This document shows, piece by piece, positions 35,101 to 48,600 of a stretch of 64,000 bases of DNA (its first letter is position 1; every line of letters begins with the position of its first letter). Below the pieces are notes generated by a model. It was given only the letters and a program-made list of their open reading frames with translations. It was not told the DNA's origin and made no database searches. This DNA is from Balanoglossus misakiensis (lineage: Eukaryota; Animalia; Hemichordata): NCBI GenBank assembly GCA_040954595.2, contig CM082577.2:5444301-5508300 (forward strand), written 5' to 3'. A program made the translations under genes and the position numbers.

Positions 35101-38100
35101 CACATCAGAACGCTTTCGTTGTAAAACAGTAAATTGCACATTTCATGCAAGCCGATAATGTACATCTCATGCAAGCCAACACAATGTACAATGAAACTCA
35201 GACAAGGATGAATTCTATGCTATACTGCACTGACCAGAACCCAGCTGACGATACCATATATAACGTACAAATACAGGTCAAATTTTTCTGACATAGTGCA
35301 ATATAGAAAGCATTATGTGCACACATCATATGCAGTGTTCTCCCAAGGAATATGTTGGTTAATTTGAACAACAACATAACTGTTATGATAATGAGTTGTT
35401 ATTGTTTTTCCCCAAAGGGGAGAGCACTGATGAGAATGGAGCTGAGGCACTTGAGAAGTGGATCTCCCAGTGTGATTTACCTTGGTCATGGACTGTAATT
35501 TCCTCTCCATTGTGGTCAGTCTCTGTGTGAACTCCTCTGTCACAACATTGAGATCTTCCAGCTCTGCCTCTCGGGCCTCTTCCGACTGTTTTAGTTGACT
35601 GCAGAGAAAAAACACAAAAACAAAATCAAAATCGGAATTGATACCCACCAACAGTGTGAAGTATGGCCATTCAAATGCTAATCTCTGGCCCTCCCAAGCT
35701 CTAATGGGATACAGTAATCAAATTGCTCAGTATTGTTGTAGGAGACCTTTGCAACTAAAATATGTTACATACACATCATAGATACATGAGAGTGCTGCAA
35801 CAACAAACAAGATATCGCTTTCCACTTTGAACCTTGTGGGAGTTTCACCCTGTAGCTATTTTGACTTCAAGCCAATACATGCTACACTGCAAACTATTTC
35901 CACCTTGCAATCTAAATGTATACCGAACTTTGCAAACTTTTTCTTAACCTACAATTAATTGTAAACTATGCTACGTTGCAAAGTATATTGCAAACTACAG
36001 CTGAACTATGTTGCAGACTGTGTCGTGTTTAAATGGCAACCTCAAGGTCATTCTCTCAAAGACACAACATACAAAACCCAAAAGTTAGTAGGAGATTAAA
36101 AGTAAAAGTAAAAGTTGGCAGAATCTTACTTTCGTAGAATGTTGTTGTCTTCCGCCAGGTCCACATTGTCCTTGCTCAAAGACAAAACTTGGCTTTCCCT
36201 CGCTTGCAACACTTCAGCCATCTCAGCCAATTTCTGAAAACGACCACAGTCGAATCTGGTTATAGGGTCTGAAACATAGTGTGAATGTCTAGACTTCTAC
36301 TGCTCATCAGTATGACTGCATTGGTATACCAAGAGGAACCCTCCAGTATTAACTGACAGGGGAACCCTGGTAACATTTACCTGGGTACGGCCCTTAACAA
36401 AATCACTCTTCGAGAAACGTATGCCACACTTAAATAAAATTTTTGGTACAACCAAATTTTCCTTTTTAACATTAGACCAACATCAGATAATGGTGACCGC
36501 CTTACAACAGGTTGATGATCAATCGCAGAGATTTCATCAACTGAATCAGCAACTTCTCTGATGTGATGATCTGCTGTACAACTCATCCCACCTACCAGAA
36601 GTGAGTTTCATACATGAACAACAAAATGACTGGATCACACCCACAATACATGGAGCTGCTCAAAAAAAAACCAACAACAACACAACCTACCACTGATTGA
36701 TCACTGGAGAGAGCGACTCCACAGAATTTGATCAAAGGAACTGGACACAAACAAAACCTACCAGTGACCAGATCAGTTTCATATGCAAATGTCCAAACAG
36801 CTGATCACCCGGCCAATCAGGGACCGGTTGCAGGTGCAAATGCCAAGTGGCCGATCAGCTGACTGGGGGGAGGTCCAGCCATTCTTACATAACATTACAA
36901 CTATAGGTGGGCAGACTGGAAGCAAATAATTGGCGCTAAGTATGCCAATTGGCTGTAATTACTACTTCACAATGAGGTGTGAAAGGTGTTTTTGCTGGGA
37001 AGTATATGTCAACACATTCCCTTTCCCTTTCTTTGATGTCCTGGGGAATGACAACCTGGTAGGGACCAGCTGCAGGGGGTACACATGACAGAATCTAATT
37101 AGCCAAAGGGCAAAGACAATATAACAATAGATGGAAAAACAATACAGTTCACACTGACTGCATAATGATCTTCTAAAGGTATGCAAATGACTGAAGAAAG
37201 TGGTTGTTATTTTTTTTTGCACGGAGGATGAATCAGGTGTCAGATTCACTGTAATACTCAAAAAAATTAAATTTATCATACTTAGATATATTTACTTGGT
37301 CAACATGTAAGAATCAATTTCATTCCTTTTTTTAATTTTAAACTGATTTTTGTATGAGTTGTGAGGCAAAGGCCAGTTGTAAGCAAAATTAGCACAGAAG
37401 CATTTGCACAATTCTGGTACAATGCAACAGAATGACAATTTGGTATTAAATACATTTTTGAGTTGCTTGATTGGTTGAAATGCACGAAATTCAGTCAAAT
37501 TTTATCTCTTAAATAAAACCCACAAGGTTATATGTTTGGGGATTCAGAAATTTCCAAACGTTAAAATCATCCTGTTCAATACCTAGCAGTTTTACTGTTG
37601 ATATCGCTGTCAAAAATTACTATCAGTCATTCAGATTTTGCATTACACACTTCTTTCTTGATACAAAGTACAATGTGATTGATGATATCGCTATACAAAT
37701 TTATAATCAGTGATTTGGATTTTACATGACGCATATCTTTTTTTTCAAACATTGTACAACGTGATTTATTTTTTTATATTTATGCAAATGTGACTTCCTT
37801 TCTGTAATGCTCACACAGCTGTTACACGGTCAGTGGGTTAGAGCGCAGAGCCATTAAAAACCCGGTCGGCAAAAAAAAATATCGCATAAACCCAACAATG
37901 CGCGTTTTCTACAGCAGAGATGAAACCTGAAAGTTTTGTTAACCCTCACACAGCAAACAGAACACACAACAACTGTGACCCCTCAAAAACATGAATATCA
38001 GGCATGTAAATCAGAGTATAAACCAACTTTGTAGACAAAATTTTGCCACTGAGTATATTTAACGAGTGGTAGAATAGCAGACCATAGCTGGTTAATGGCC

Positions 38101-41100
38101 AACTCAAATACACATATCAACAACTGTTACACTGTTATATCAATATCACTCAAGACTTGAACAGTACAGAGCCAGACAGAGCAACGTTTCACAATACTAA
38201 ATTATTTTGATTTGTGTACAGTTGTGGGGTGGGGGGTCGGAGAGATGACAAATGCAGTGTCTAAGAAATGTCAAAATATTATTTTTTAAATATAGGGAGC
38301 ACGACATTACAGAGAGTTCATGCTGTTCCATATTTGTCGTGACCTCCTACGTGGAGAGTTTATTTTAGTGCATTTTATTTCAGCAAATACATATATATTT
38401 CGAGTTTCAACTAGCAGATTAATGTTATCAAAAGCCAAATGTCACGCAGCCTGCATCATGCTGCAGGTGTCACTAGTGGATTCTTTTCGGCAACAAAAAA
38501 CATGGGTGTACATTTTGAAAAAGCTTGTACTTGTAAGTTGACATGTTGGTTTCATGTCTGTCTCTTGACAAGCATTTTAGGAGAGCTTGTAGATGTTCTC
38601 TGGGAAGGCTGCACAGACATACATTGAAACATACCTCTAAAAACTTTTCAGATTGTTGAGTCTCGGTAGATTGGTGACTTTCATCACATACACCATCAGA
38701 ATCCTTACCAGACAGCAGATATAACGCAGAGATATAAGAAGACAAAAAATGACATTACTCCAATCCCCCTCAACAAAATCTAAATGACAAATCACCAAAA
38801 GCATGTCATCACAAATGGTAGATTGCATGACCAAACACCAAAACCACACCAGACCACACCATGTACAATTATTGTTGGCATGCTTGAGAATAGGCTCTGG
38901 ACAAGTATGTATCAAACAAAATGGCTGCTGGGCAGCCATACTGGATTGCACTGCACTGCAAAACAGATAAATGCCTATATGGCCAACCTGTATAAAGCAC
39001 CCCTGAAATACAATGTATGTCCATAGGAATAAGTGGCAACAACAACTCAGCTAGAGATTTCTGTCTTGTTAGTGCCAGACAGACATTTTTGGTCATTTGA
39101 CATTGAAAACTGCTGAACCAGGCTAGACAGTTCATTATGCTATCCTTATACATTGTGTACAAGTTGACAAAACCAGATTATAGAAAAATAATAATAATAT
39201 GAAGTTTCCTTCAACCAGGCAATAAAATCTTGTCTATTTGCCCGTTTAACCCTACGCAGGGATTTTGGGGTGGGAGGCAGATGGGGGCGGGAGAATACCA
39301 AATTCCAACTTTTTACCAAAGTTTCTAAATTAACAAGCGCAATACTCTTCAAGAAAAATCATGGCACATTACCTTAGAACCAATAATACAAAAAATGTGG
39401 AAATGAAAAATTGAATGGAAATGAGTCTACCTTCAGTAGTTTTTCTGATTTCACTGCATCTTCGGGATCAAATTTGTCATCATTGCCGACTCCTTCTGCA
39501 TCCTTTGGTGGGTGATCTAAACCAAATGATGGTAAAAAAATTGATGGTCTAGGTACATGAATTGTGATCATCAATATCATTGGTTTTACAAGCATTCAAA
39601 TTGGTCACATACAAAACACGTTCTGTATAGCTCAAAATGTGACAATACCAGAGCAAGGATTCAACAAAGATTTCAATTTATTTCTTATTCTACTTGATGT
39701 CTTACCGTGGTCTTGGCCCTCTTGAAGACTGTCCTTTTCCAGTGGTTCTACAGAATCTGGCGTGATCTGTACCTCTTTCACGGAATCCATACTGGCAGAG
39801 CTATCCTCCTGTGATCGGCTCATCATGTCATCTTTTTCCGCTTCCAGGGCGGATGGACTGGAGTCGATGTTGAGGAGGGTCGTTTCTGTCAACGTCTTAT
39901 CCATGTACTCTGTGTCTTCCTCCTCGTCATCCGCCGATTCTTTCAGACTGCCCTCTTCTCCGCTGCTGTACTTGGGAATATCGCTGCTGCTGGTGTCCGT
40001 CGGGGAAGTCCTCTGGGAAATGTTGATGGAAGCGTCAGCCAGCATGGCCGGAATGTCCGCGTCGCAACTCGCGTCGAAGTGGACGCTCTCGTGAAGTTTG
40101 TCCTCCGATATCACACTGAACTCGCTGTCGGAGGGACTGCGCTTGCCGTTTCCCGGACTGATTGGGAAGTGTTTGGGCGAGGCGCTCTCCGGAGAGCTGC
40201 CACTGACGTTGGTGGAGGGTGCGCTGCCATTGATGTCGCTGATGACGACAAAGTCGCTGTCACTTCTGGAGGAGCTTTGGTCGTCTGTCGTGTGCCCCTC
40301 AGAGGAGTGATCAGACTTGGAGTCCCCTTCGTGTCCTTTCTCTCTTTCGTGTTCTCTCTTCTCTTCGTGTTCCCCATGACCTTCCTCCGTGACCTTCACA
40401 GTTTTGTCATCATCGGTTGCCTCAATTGTAACAGCAATCCTGGCTGTATCTGTTTCCCTTGGCAACTGTTCACTGTCATCACTCGGCCTGTCTGTCTTTT
40501 CTTCTCTGTCCACATCTTCAACCTTGACCTTATCTTCTTCGCTGTCATCCTTTCCTCCTAGATCATCCGATGACGACTTTGTGTCCAAGGTCTCGTCAGC
40601 TCTCACATCCTCATCACTGGCAACAGTTTCTTCCTTGGCCTCATCAACACTCTCCTCAACTTCTTTCTCAGCCTTTGCATCAATCCCCGAATCAACATCA
40701 TCTCCCACTTCAACGTGCTTTTCCTCTTTCTCCGTAACATCTTCTTCCTGTTTCATTTCAGGCGTCCCATGTTCAACTGTAGTACCTGTTTGAGAAGTAC
40801 TGTCTGCATCATCCTGTTGCTTGGCAACAGCATCTTCTGCGACCTTAGTCCTCTCATCCCCCTCTGTGACTTTCTCACTCTCTGCCCCGGGCTGTGAAGC
40901 CCCTGAGTCTTCCGTTTTTGCAGGACTCTCTGTTTGCTTGGACCCCCACACTTTTCCAGCCAGGCCAAAGCCAAAACCTTTCTTTGCGAAAGCTGGACCA
41001 CTGGAAGTCTTGGCAGTCTTTTTTGGTGAAGGTTTCTCATCCTCTGCAGATGTGTCTAAAAAAGCGCCCCAGAAGCTTTCCCCATCCGAGGAAGAATTTC

Positions 41101-44068
41101 TGGATTTTGGTGTTGCTGTTAGCGATCTGGATTTGCCTTTTAGGTTTTGTGGTGTTCCTGTCTGTGTGTCAGATTTTCCTTTGTCACTGCTGGATGATGG
41201 AGAGTCTGAAAGAGAAGTCAAAAACTTTTCAAGACCAAGAAATACAAAGTGGCTCAGTATTCTGCTGCTAGAGAGAAACCTGAAGGGCAAAAGTCTGTTT
41301 TCATCACAGTAAACTAGGGGTTATATTCCTTTCCCAGTATTAAAGGTTATGGGGATATATATTCAGTCCTGTAGCAAATCTTGACACTGGACTATTTCAA
41401 AGCATGCGTATTCCCTCACCTATCCCTGGGCCTTGTACCATTAGAGGGTTTCCAGGTGGGAAGGATACAATGGGATTAGGGTTGGTTTAGCTGGTGAGGA
41501 AAACGCTTCGACACAAAACCCATGCTAGTCTGTATCTTTATCAGATCAACATGAAACACTTTAAAACCCACACTTAATTTAACAATGACGTTCCATCGGA
41601 ACTCAAACAGGGTACCCTTGCAGATGCTCCTCAAGCCACCAGTAGTTTCTACGACAACCTACCTTCCTCTTCGACAAAGGCATTATCGTCATCGTCAGCA
41701 TCATCATCATCATCTGAATGAGCTTTGTTTTCTGCATCGTTAGTGTCTACAGTTTCAGTGGGAGCCTGAAATGTCTCTTTGTCTGTTGCAAATTCATGAA
41801 AACTACGGAATTACAAAAAAGCACCAGAAGGAAACCCGACCAAAACAGTCACCACTGATTTGACTATCATGAATCACATTAATGCCTTTCAACAACAAAC
41901 TGGTAATTGGCAACACCAAAACTCCTCCTTCCGAACTAAGTCCTTCACTTGTCTGAACTTCTGGGCTGACACTGACCTTCCACCACACCTATTGATTGGC
42001 CCAGTGCAAACAAAGCTCACAGTTAGGAAAACATTTCCTGTGCAAAGAACATCAGAGTAATTTACATATTAAGAACTTTATCATGATGCAAGAAAAGTAT
42101 ATGTACATGTACAAACCTAGGATGAGTTTGTCAGGTGAAATGGGAATAGAACTTGGCAGTGATTCCAAAGAGTGCTTGGCTGTTCAGGATGTGAACAAGA
42201 AGATTAATTTGCGAGGAAAACAGATGCAGCATTATGAAGAGTAACATACGCATAAAAGAAAATTAGGTTAACCACTGCTGGATTGAATAGGCAGCTGCTG
42301 ACATGCGAGTACCTGTATCAAATGAAACATTTACAGGCATGTGAATATGTATGCAACTCTTGAAAGTAAGTGTGCAAAGTGTATAAATTAAAGAATGATA
42401 ACACTAGTTACTAGATACAATTATTTATCACATGCCAAGCATCAATACTCATGCAAATCATGCTCTTCATTACAAGATGGCTTTTTGAGCATTGATTAAA
42501 ACAAATTCTGGGTGAAGTAAGGATAAAAATCATAGTACAGGACAGACAGACAGACTGACTGACTGACAAAGTCAACCCCATCTACAAGTACCCCTTCTGG
42601 ATTTTATCGAGCGGGACTAATGAAAATCTTGTAAAATCCATAGCCACATCCAACCAACTTGTAACGTATTATTCCTACTTATTAAACATGCCAGCTGTTA
42701 CTAATACCCTTACAGACACCACCCAACCAAATGCATGGATAAGCGTCAGAGTTTGCATAATCTAGTGGTGTTCCTAAAATGTCGCTATTAGGCCGGTAAA
42801 AATAATTTTATGCAAGCAGATTCATTTGCACTGAGTTGTGTAGTTTGTGTGTTGATCAGTTTCATGTTTTGTTGTCTTGCTTTAACATCAAGAGACACAT
42901 GGAGAGGATTCTTGTGACAAAATAATGTAAATTTTACCAAAACCACACATTCTGCAGTCCCCACCTCTCCCCTCTATAGTCTTTGCATCTATTGAAGAAA
43001 TAAATTACACGGGTGGTCGACATTTACAATTCTGCAGTCTGATCACGATTCTTGTCGGAGCACCTTCAGGTGATCTTTTTTCAACCATGCCACGTATGTA
43101 TCAAGTTTATTTATAGGATCCAATCAATGCTGGGCCTGATCCAAAAATCACAATAATTTCAGAAAACGAAACCAATACCAATTTGGACTATAAAATGTGT
43201 CTTCACGCAGGAAATGTTTGTGACAAACCAATTAAAAAAAATAAACAATTATTTTTTAATTCAGAAAAAGCTTGTGACTGATCCGACTATGACATTTCCT
43301 ATTATAGAACATACAGTAGAGTTACAATACATTTTGTATTGCACTGTTTGAAGTTTCTCACCAGAGGTGTCTCGCAGCAATTCTAAAATACCTGGTTTCC
43401 ACATGGACATTCATTCAGTTTACCAACACTAAGAAAACCACAGTGTTTGATTCATAACATTGCTACAGCCTTACCCTACTGGCAATGTTTGAGACACACT
43501 ATATTTAACCAGTCTTCCCCGTCTACAACATGCAGAAATATTATGAAGGCTAGAACCAATCCCATAGTCCTGATGCAGCTCCACATTCAAAATAGGTGTT
43601 TACCCACCTGTTGCGTGTCCTGCTTCCATTGACGCTATGAGCAACTTTTTGCGCGCTAGATAAAATTGGCAGATATACATAAAATCCTTTCAAGTATTTT
43701 TAAAAATAAATTCCCAAATATTACATGGAAGACCCCAAGTGCCAGTGGTTGTCATGCCACAGATTACTAGCGTTGTAGTACTATTTAGTTGAAACGTGTG
43801 GACATTGTAAGAACGTCCCTATATCCACCTCGTTTTCAAATGTTCGGCAACAACATGTACACTGGACTAATCCAGAAGCCATGTTCTGTTATGTCTGACA
43901 TAGGTCTTCTGCAGGAAAAGTGCCAACGTGATAATTATTTTGTAAACATGTAATTGACTAGTTACCTTCATCTTCTTGTATGTCAAGAACTTTGTCGATG
44001 GACTTTTGGGCGTTGCTTAACGCCGACTTGGCGAAATTCGTTAGTCCGGCGCCGTCAAACCAGCTCAT
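29153..44068 (-). CDS. TMF1: TATA element modulatory factor 1 (golgin TMF1/ARA160)
   Basis: Starts MSWFDGAGLTNFAKSALSNAQKSIDKVLDI (44068-43966). Further exons approx. 41782-41663, 41205-39706 (acidic), 39516-39431, 36233-36130, 35598-35481, 35093-35038, 34717-34550, 33451-33366, 33235-33109, 32992-32836, 32521-32374, 32197-31901, 31688-31527, 31060-30922, 30738-30599, 30340-30216, 29616-29506, 29179-29153 (TAA). Motifs EGEKLSKQQLQNSNIIKKLRAKEKE, ATRPLLRQIENLQ, LQMYGEKAEEAEELKLDLQDVKAMYRQQI. Confidence 0.95.
29731..29867 (-). ncRNA. Putative box H/ACA snoRNA, copy B (TMF1 intron)
   Basis: Reverse complement nearly identical to 26438-26569; H box ACAACA; ACA at 29736-29734; sense to TMF1. Confidence 0.62.
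29997..30150. mobile_element. Degenerate Tc1/mariner-type MITE fragment
   Basis: TACAGTGAAATCTGTC...AAGGACACC at left and GGCGTCCTTAATAAACAGGTT at right are imperfect inverted repeats. A related sequence lies at 58954-59005. Confidence 0.45.
31291..31427 (-). ncRNA. Putative box H/ACA snoRNA, copy C (TMF1 intron)
   Basis: Third near-identical copy; H box ACAACA; ACA at 31296-31294; inner stem GTAGTG/CACTAC fully paired; sense to TMF1. Confidence 0.62.
42538..42625 (+). mobile_element. Possible end of a Helentron/HINE-like non-autonomous element
   Basis: (GACA)n(GACT)n microsatellite followed by an imperfect hairpin AGTACCCC...GCGGGACT and an A-rich end, the layout of DINE-1/HINE termini. 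The other end was not identified. Confidence 0.35.
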
Positions 44069-44637
44069 TTTGTTTGAACGCAGCGAACCCTGTGAGTGAC
44101 ACGTACTCGGTTTTGTGGAATCTCACGCAAATGGTAAATCTGGTGTTATTTCACTCCAGCTGATGCTGACTTCGTGTGCACGTCAGCCATTTTGAATACT
44201 AATAGCTGACAGTCTCAGACAAGTCCATAAAATACACAGAATTACAAAAAGACGTTTTCGATTTCGTCGCTTATTTTTACTGTTTAATTACATTTATTGA
44301 ACAATTAAATTGTGTCATTATCAATAATAATCATACTTAACAGATGGATACACTCATAACATAGCCTTGCATATTCTAATGCTTGGGACGAGGGAACGGA
44401 TGGTGACGTCATCTGCCAATGAATGGACACGCAACGCAAACGCTTTGGCGTAGTAAATATGACTGTACCAAGCAAACTTGGTTCGCGCAAAACCAAATGG
44501 AATTTTGGCAGCTTCACCGCACACTAAACCTTCCATTCAACTTGTGAACCAGTGTCATCTCCTAATGCATCCATGATCACATTTTTTCCACGTGTGTTTG
44601 GGGTTCCTATCGAAAAGATCGTTCCTGTCCTCCGTGC

Positions 44638-44752
44638 TCCCCAGTGGCACAATCGGTTAGCGCGCCGTACTTATATGACAGTACCTGGTCGTGTGTATAC
44701 GCTCTGTTATTGAGTAATGCGGAGGTTGTGAGTTCGAGCCTCACCTGGGGAA
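44638..44752 (+). tRNA. tRNA-Ile (anticodon TAT) with 41-nt intron (44676-44716)
   Basis: Acceptor TCCCCAG/CTGGGGA, A box TGGCACAATCGG, anticodon stem CCGTA/TGCGG with TAT at 44672-44674, intron after position 37, T arm GTGAGTTCGAGCCTCAC, oligo-T at 44757-44764. Closely resembles metazoan tRNA-Ile-TAT. Confidence 0.93.
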
Positions 44753-44756
44753 CCAC

Positions 44757-44764
44757 TTTTTTTT
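44757..44764 (+). terminator. RNA polymerase III oligo-dT terminator
   Basis: T8 run a few nt after the tRNA 3' end. Confidence 0.75.
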
Positions 44765-45653
44765 AGTTCCCCTTCCAAGTCAAAATACGTATAAGACCTT
44801 ATTTTTCATCCTATTTCATCAATTAGCATACGGCTAGCCACTTTTTTTCCTATTCATGCAGACACAAAAACTGCATTTTAATTTGTATCAAGTGACAGAT
44901 AGATTTCAACAATCACTTAAAACTTTATTTCTCATAAAACTTTAATACAAAATTTTTGTTATAAAACGAATATACTTGTGCATTTAAAAAGTATCATATT
45001 ACACTGACTAAGATTGGCAGCGAATGAAAAGGCATACACGACACAAAATTGTATTTATAGGTGCTTACATTCCAGAATACTGTACAGATTTTTGAAGACA
45101 TTTAACGGCATTTTGTTTTTGATACTTGTCAAAGCTTATCGTCTTGTATTTCCTCACAACAGTTATCGAGAAAATCAGAAATAAAAACATTGGTCTCATG
45201 GAAAATTTTCAAAACCGACAAGACATGTCCACATACTGACATTCATTCGATAACCTGCTGAATCTCTAAAATTGATTTAGTTCTGATTGGAAAAATTTCT
45301 TCGTCAACCCAGAAAAAGCGGACTCGCATGGATGGTCCAACCTATCAGACGTCGAGATATGCACCCCATCACTGACAGTAACCCCTATGTAAATTTATCG
45401 CAGTGAGATCTCTAATGTGTGATTACTTGCAACTCCACTGACCACAGGAAATCAAACCCAATGACACAATCAGCAACCTAAGTTCACCATAGCCTCGCCA
45501 GATATAAGTTGGACACCAGAGGTTGACACGTTTCACCGCATCCTGGTGGGACATACAGTCTCCAATGGCAGTCACCACAACACAGGGCATTTTGATGCAC
45601 ATGTCCTCCAGAGAAAGGTTTTGATCAGGATGTCAAATTTTCACTCGATGATG

Positions 45654-48600
45654 TCACCTCTGTGGACAAGTTCTTTTAGTATGCCCTGTAAATAACAAAA
45701 CAAACATGTGCTTTTATCTTGCGCATACAAGAAAGATTGCAACCGAAATTAAATAGCATACAAGCATGGACGTGTCATTGTATTTCATTTTCAGAAGTCC
45801 CATCTAGTTACAGCGTTTACCATTGATAAACACCACACAATGTTATGACATGTATAACTACAGATCAAGCATGACATGAAAAAGTGTCGCTACCTTCTTG
45901 GTGGCAAATTCCACAGGTGACTTTTTTCCTTTTCTTAGGATTAGCACCATCACTCTCATTTCCGGAATTCCAGTTTCTATTTTGTCCACCCCTGCCTCTG
46001 TTGGATGTGCCAAAACCTCTTGAGTTGTCTTTAAGGTAAGAAAAAAAAAACATGGGAAATGAACAAAAAGTGAGGATGTCTGAGTATCAAAGTTTCAACA
46101 TAAAACATCTGATCAGTTTCTTTGCTTTATATAATCCATAACACCATGTTTATCTGGTATATGCTTTGCCTAAATTACCTGCAAAGCCTCCACCGAAGTT
46201 GCCCACACCGTCAACCCATTCAAAGAAACCACACTGACTTTCGCGGGGCTTGGAACAAGTCCAGAACTCACGACCTTTATTTGCTCCTTCTTTCTGAACA
46301 GTTCGCCTGCATAAAATAACAACAATATGAAAGTGTCAAATCCTTACTTAATTTAAAAGTGGGAATAAGAGCTAGAACACGACCAAATAGGCATTATACA
46401 AACTATCATTTGTCAGTTTAGAAAGTATGATGTTTAATCACTTCATTATTGGCCAGCTAGGGAGATCACTTACTTTATTATTGTCCAGCTAGGGAGATCA
46501 CTTACTTAATCATTGGCCATATAGGGAGATCACTTACTTAATCATTGGCCAGATAGGGAGATCACATACTCAATCATTGGCCAGCTAGGGAGATCACTTA
46601 CTTAATCATAGGCCAGCTAGGGAGATCACTTACTTAATCATTGGCCAGCTAGGGAGATCACCTACTTAATCATTGGCCAGCTAGGGAGATCACTTACTTA
46701 ATCATTGGCCAGCTAGGGAGATCACTGACTTAATCATTGGCCAGCTAGGGAGATCACCTACTTAATCATTGGCCAGCTAGGGAGATCACTTACTTAATCA
46801 TTGGCCAGCTAAAGAGATCACTTACTTAATCATTGGCAAGCTAGGGAGATCACTTACTTAATCATTGGCCAGCTAGGGAGATCACTTACTTAATCATTGG
46901 CCAGCTAGGGAGATCACTTACTTAACTGCTGGTTGGTTGCACCTACAAACAACTTCACCCCAAGCATTGGAACTGCTTCTCTGCCCTTCAGCACTGCCTC
47001 CATTCTGATTGGTGCTGTTCCATCCCGACCCGCTGGCACCCCCACTGGGAAAAGAACAGCCAGTGCTTGCTGAGGCAGAATCTGATTCAGCCCAGAGGAA
47101 GAAATCACAGCCCCCGTTGGCACATTTGTAAAACTGTCGACCTGTGATTATGAAGGAAGGAATATTATTGAGATCTTTTTTTACAAGGGGGGAAAATCGA
47201 TTGATAAATGATTGTGTTTATGTCTTCTATTTGACAAACAGAATAAACATCACAAAATGCACGGATTACAACTTACCACAGTTGGGTCCTTCCTTGCGCA
47301 CCGTCAGTATCCTGGCATCCTCATTACAATTACAAACGATAGCGTTATTATCAGAATTGCTACCAGTGAACCTGGAGACATCAAAGTGCATATTGCAGTC
47401 AGATGCCAGTTCATCATGCAATTCATAATGATGCAAAGCTAAGATTATCACAGGAGAAAATATGACCCGGTAAATTAAAACTGTAACTGCTATTTAATTA
47501 AGAATGTCACCATTAAAGCATACCATAATTGGTTATTGTTACATGACAGCTTCTTATGATTTTCACTGCACACGTCCATAGATTTAATAGTGGAAAAACA
47601 TGACATTTCATAAATTTTGAAGAAAAAAAAACTCCACCTGGCTGTGATGGATCCTAGCGGTTGCCTGTTAACAGTGTCCACCGTTGGATTTGTTCCCCCT
47701 TCTGCTCCTCCCCCTCTTCCTCCTCCTGCTCCTCCCCCTCTTCCTCCTCCTACTCTACCTGCTCCTCTGCCCCTCTGATTGCTACCACCACGCCTACCAG
47801 CCGAGAGAAAACCTGGTGTCCTGGTACTGCTGGCTGTGCTGGCAAAGCTGCTGTTGAAGCCTGAATCTTGAGAAGTATTGCTGGCCCTCCCAGATGATGC
47901 TGTGGTACGACCAGCAGTGCCAGCACCTCTCGAGGATGAGTTGTTTCTGGCTGAAGACCCTACGGGTAAAGGCAATCACAAAATAAATCAAGAAGACAAG
48001 GTTTTGTATCACTTTATAGCGATAGATACACTTCTGCTCAAAATTATTGGAATTATGCTGACTATGGGTAAAACCAAATGAGGACATATATTTTTGTCAG
48101 AAAGAAACATTTTCTTAACTTTTCTCTGCATTTTTTTTTACCAAAGTTAAGTGGCCTGTACATGAATCTTACCTGACAAAACTTTTTTTTCACTTTATTT
48201 ATTATTTGGACATTACAGCACATTTCCAAATAGACTTACCTGAAGTGTTGCTCGTTCTAAGATAGGCTAAATTAAAGCCAAGTTCATCTGTCAGGGTGTG
48301 GTCACAACCGCCAATACAACCAACGTACCTGTCACAGATATACAGAAAAGTTGGGACAATGTTCGAATTTACCGCATCATGATCTAGATTAGATATAAAC
48401 TGTGCATGAAACTTTTTTTTCTTGCCATATCACTATGAAAACAGTAATACAAGTTCATGTTGAACTCACTCTTCGGGACAGCCTGGCGGAACACTTCCTC
48501 TTCTAAACTTGAACTTGATTTTGTGAACAGGGCCTGGTTGACACTGCAAACATCAAATGCACAAAGGTGGTTTATCAATGATGAAGCATTAAACTCAAAA

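Noticed and set aside
39762-41312. Several long plus-strand ORFs
   Set aside because: Antisense shadows of the low-complexity acidic TMF1 exon.
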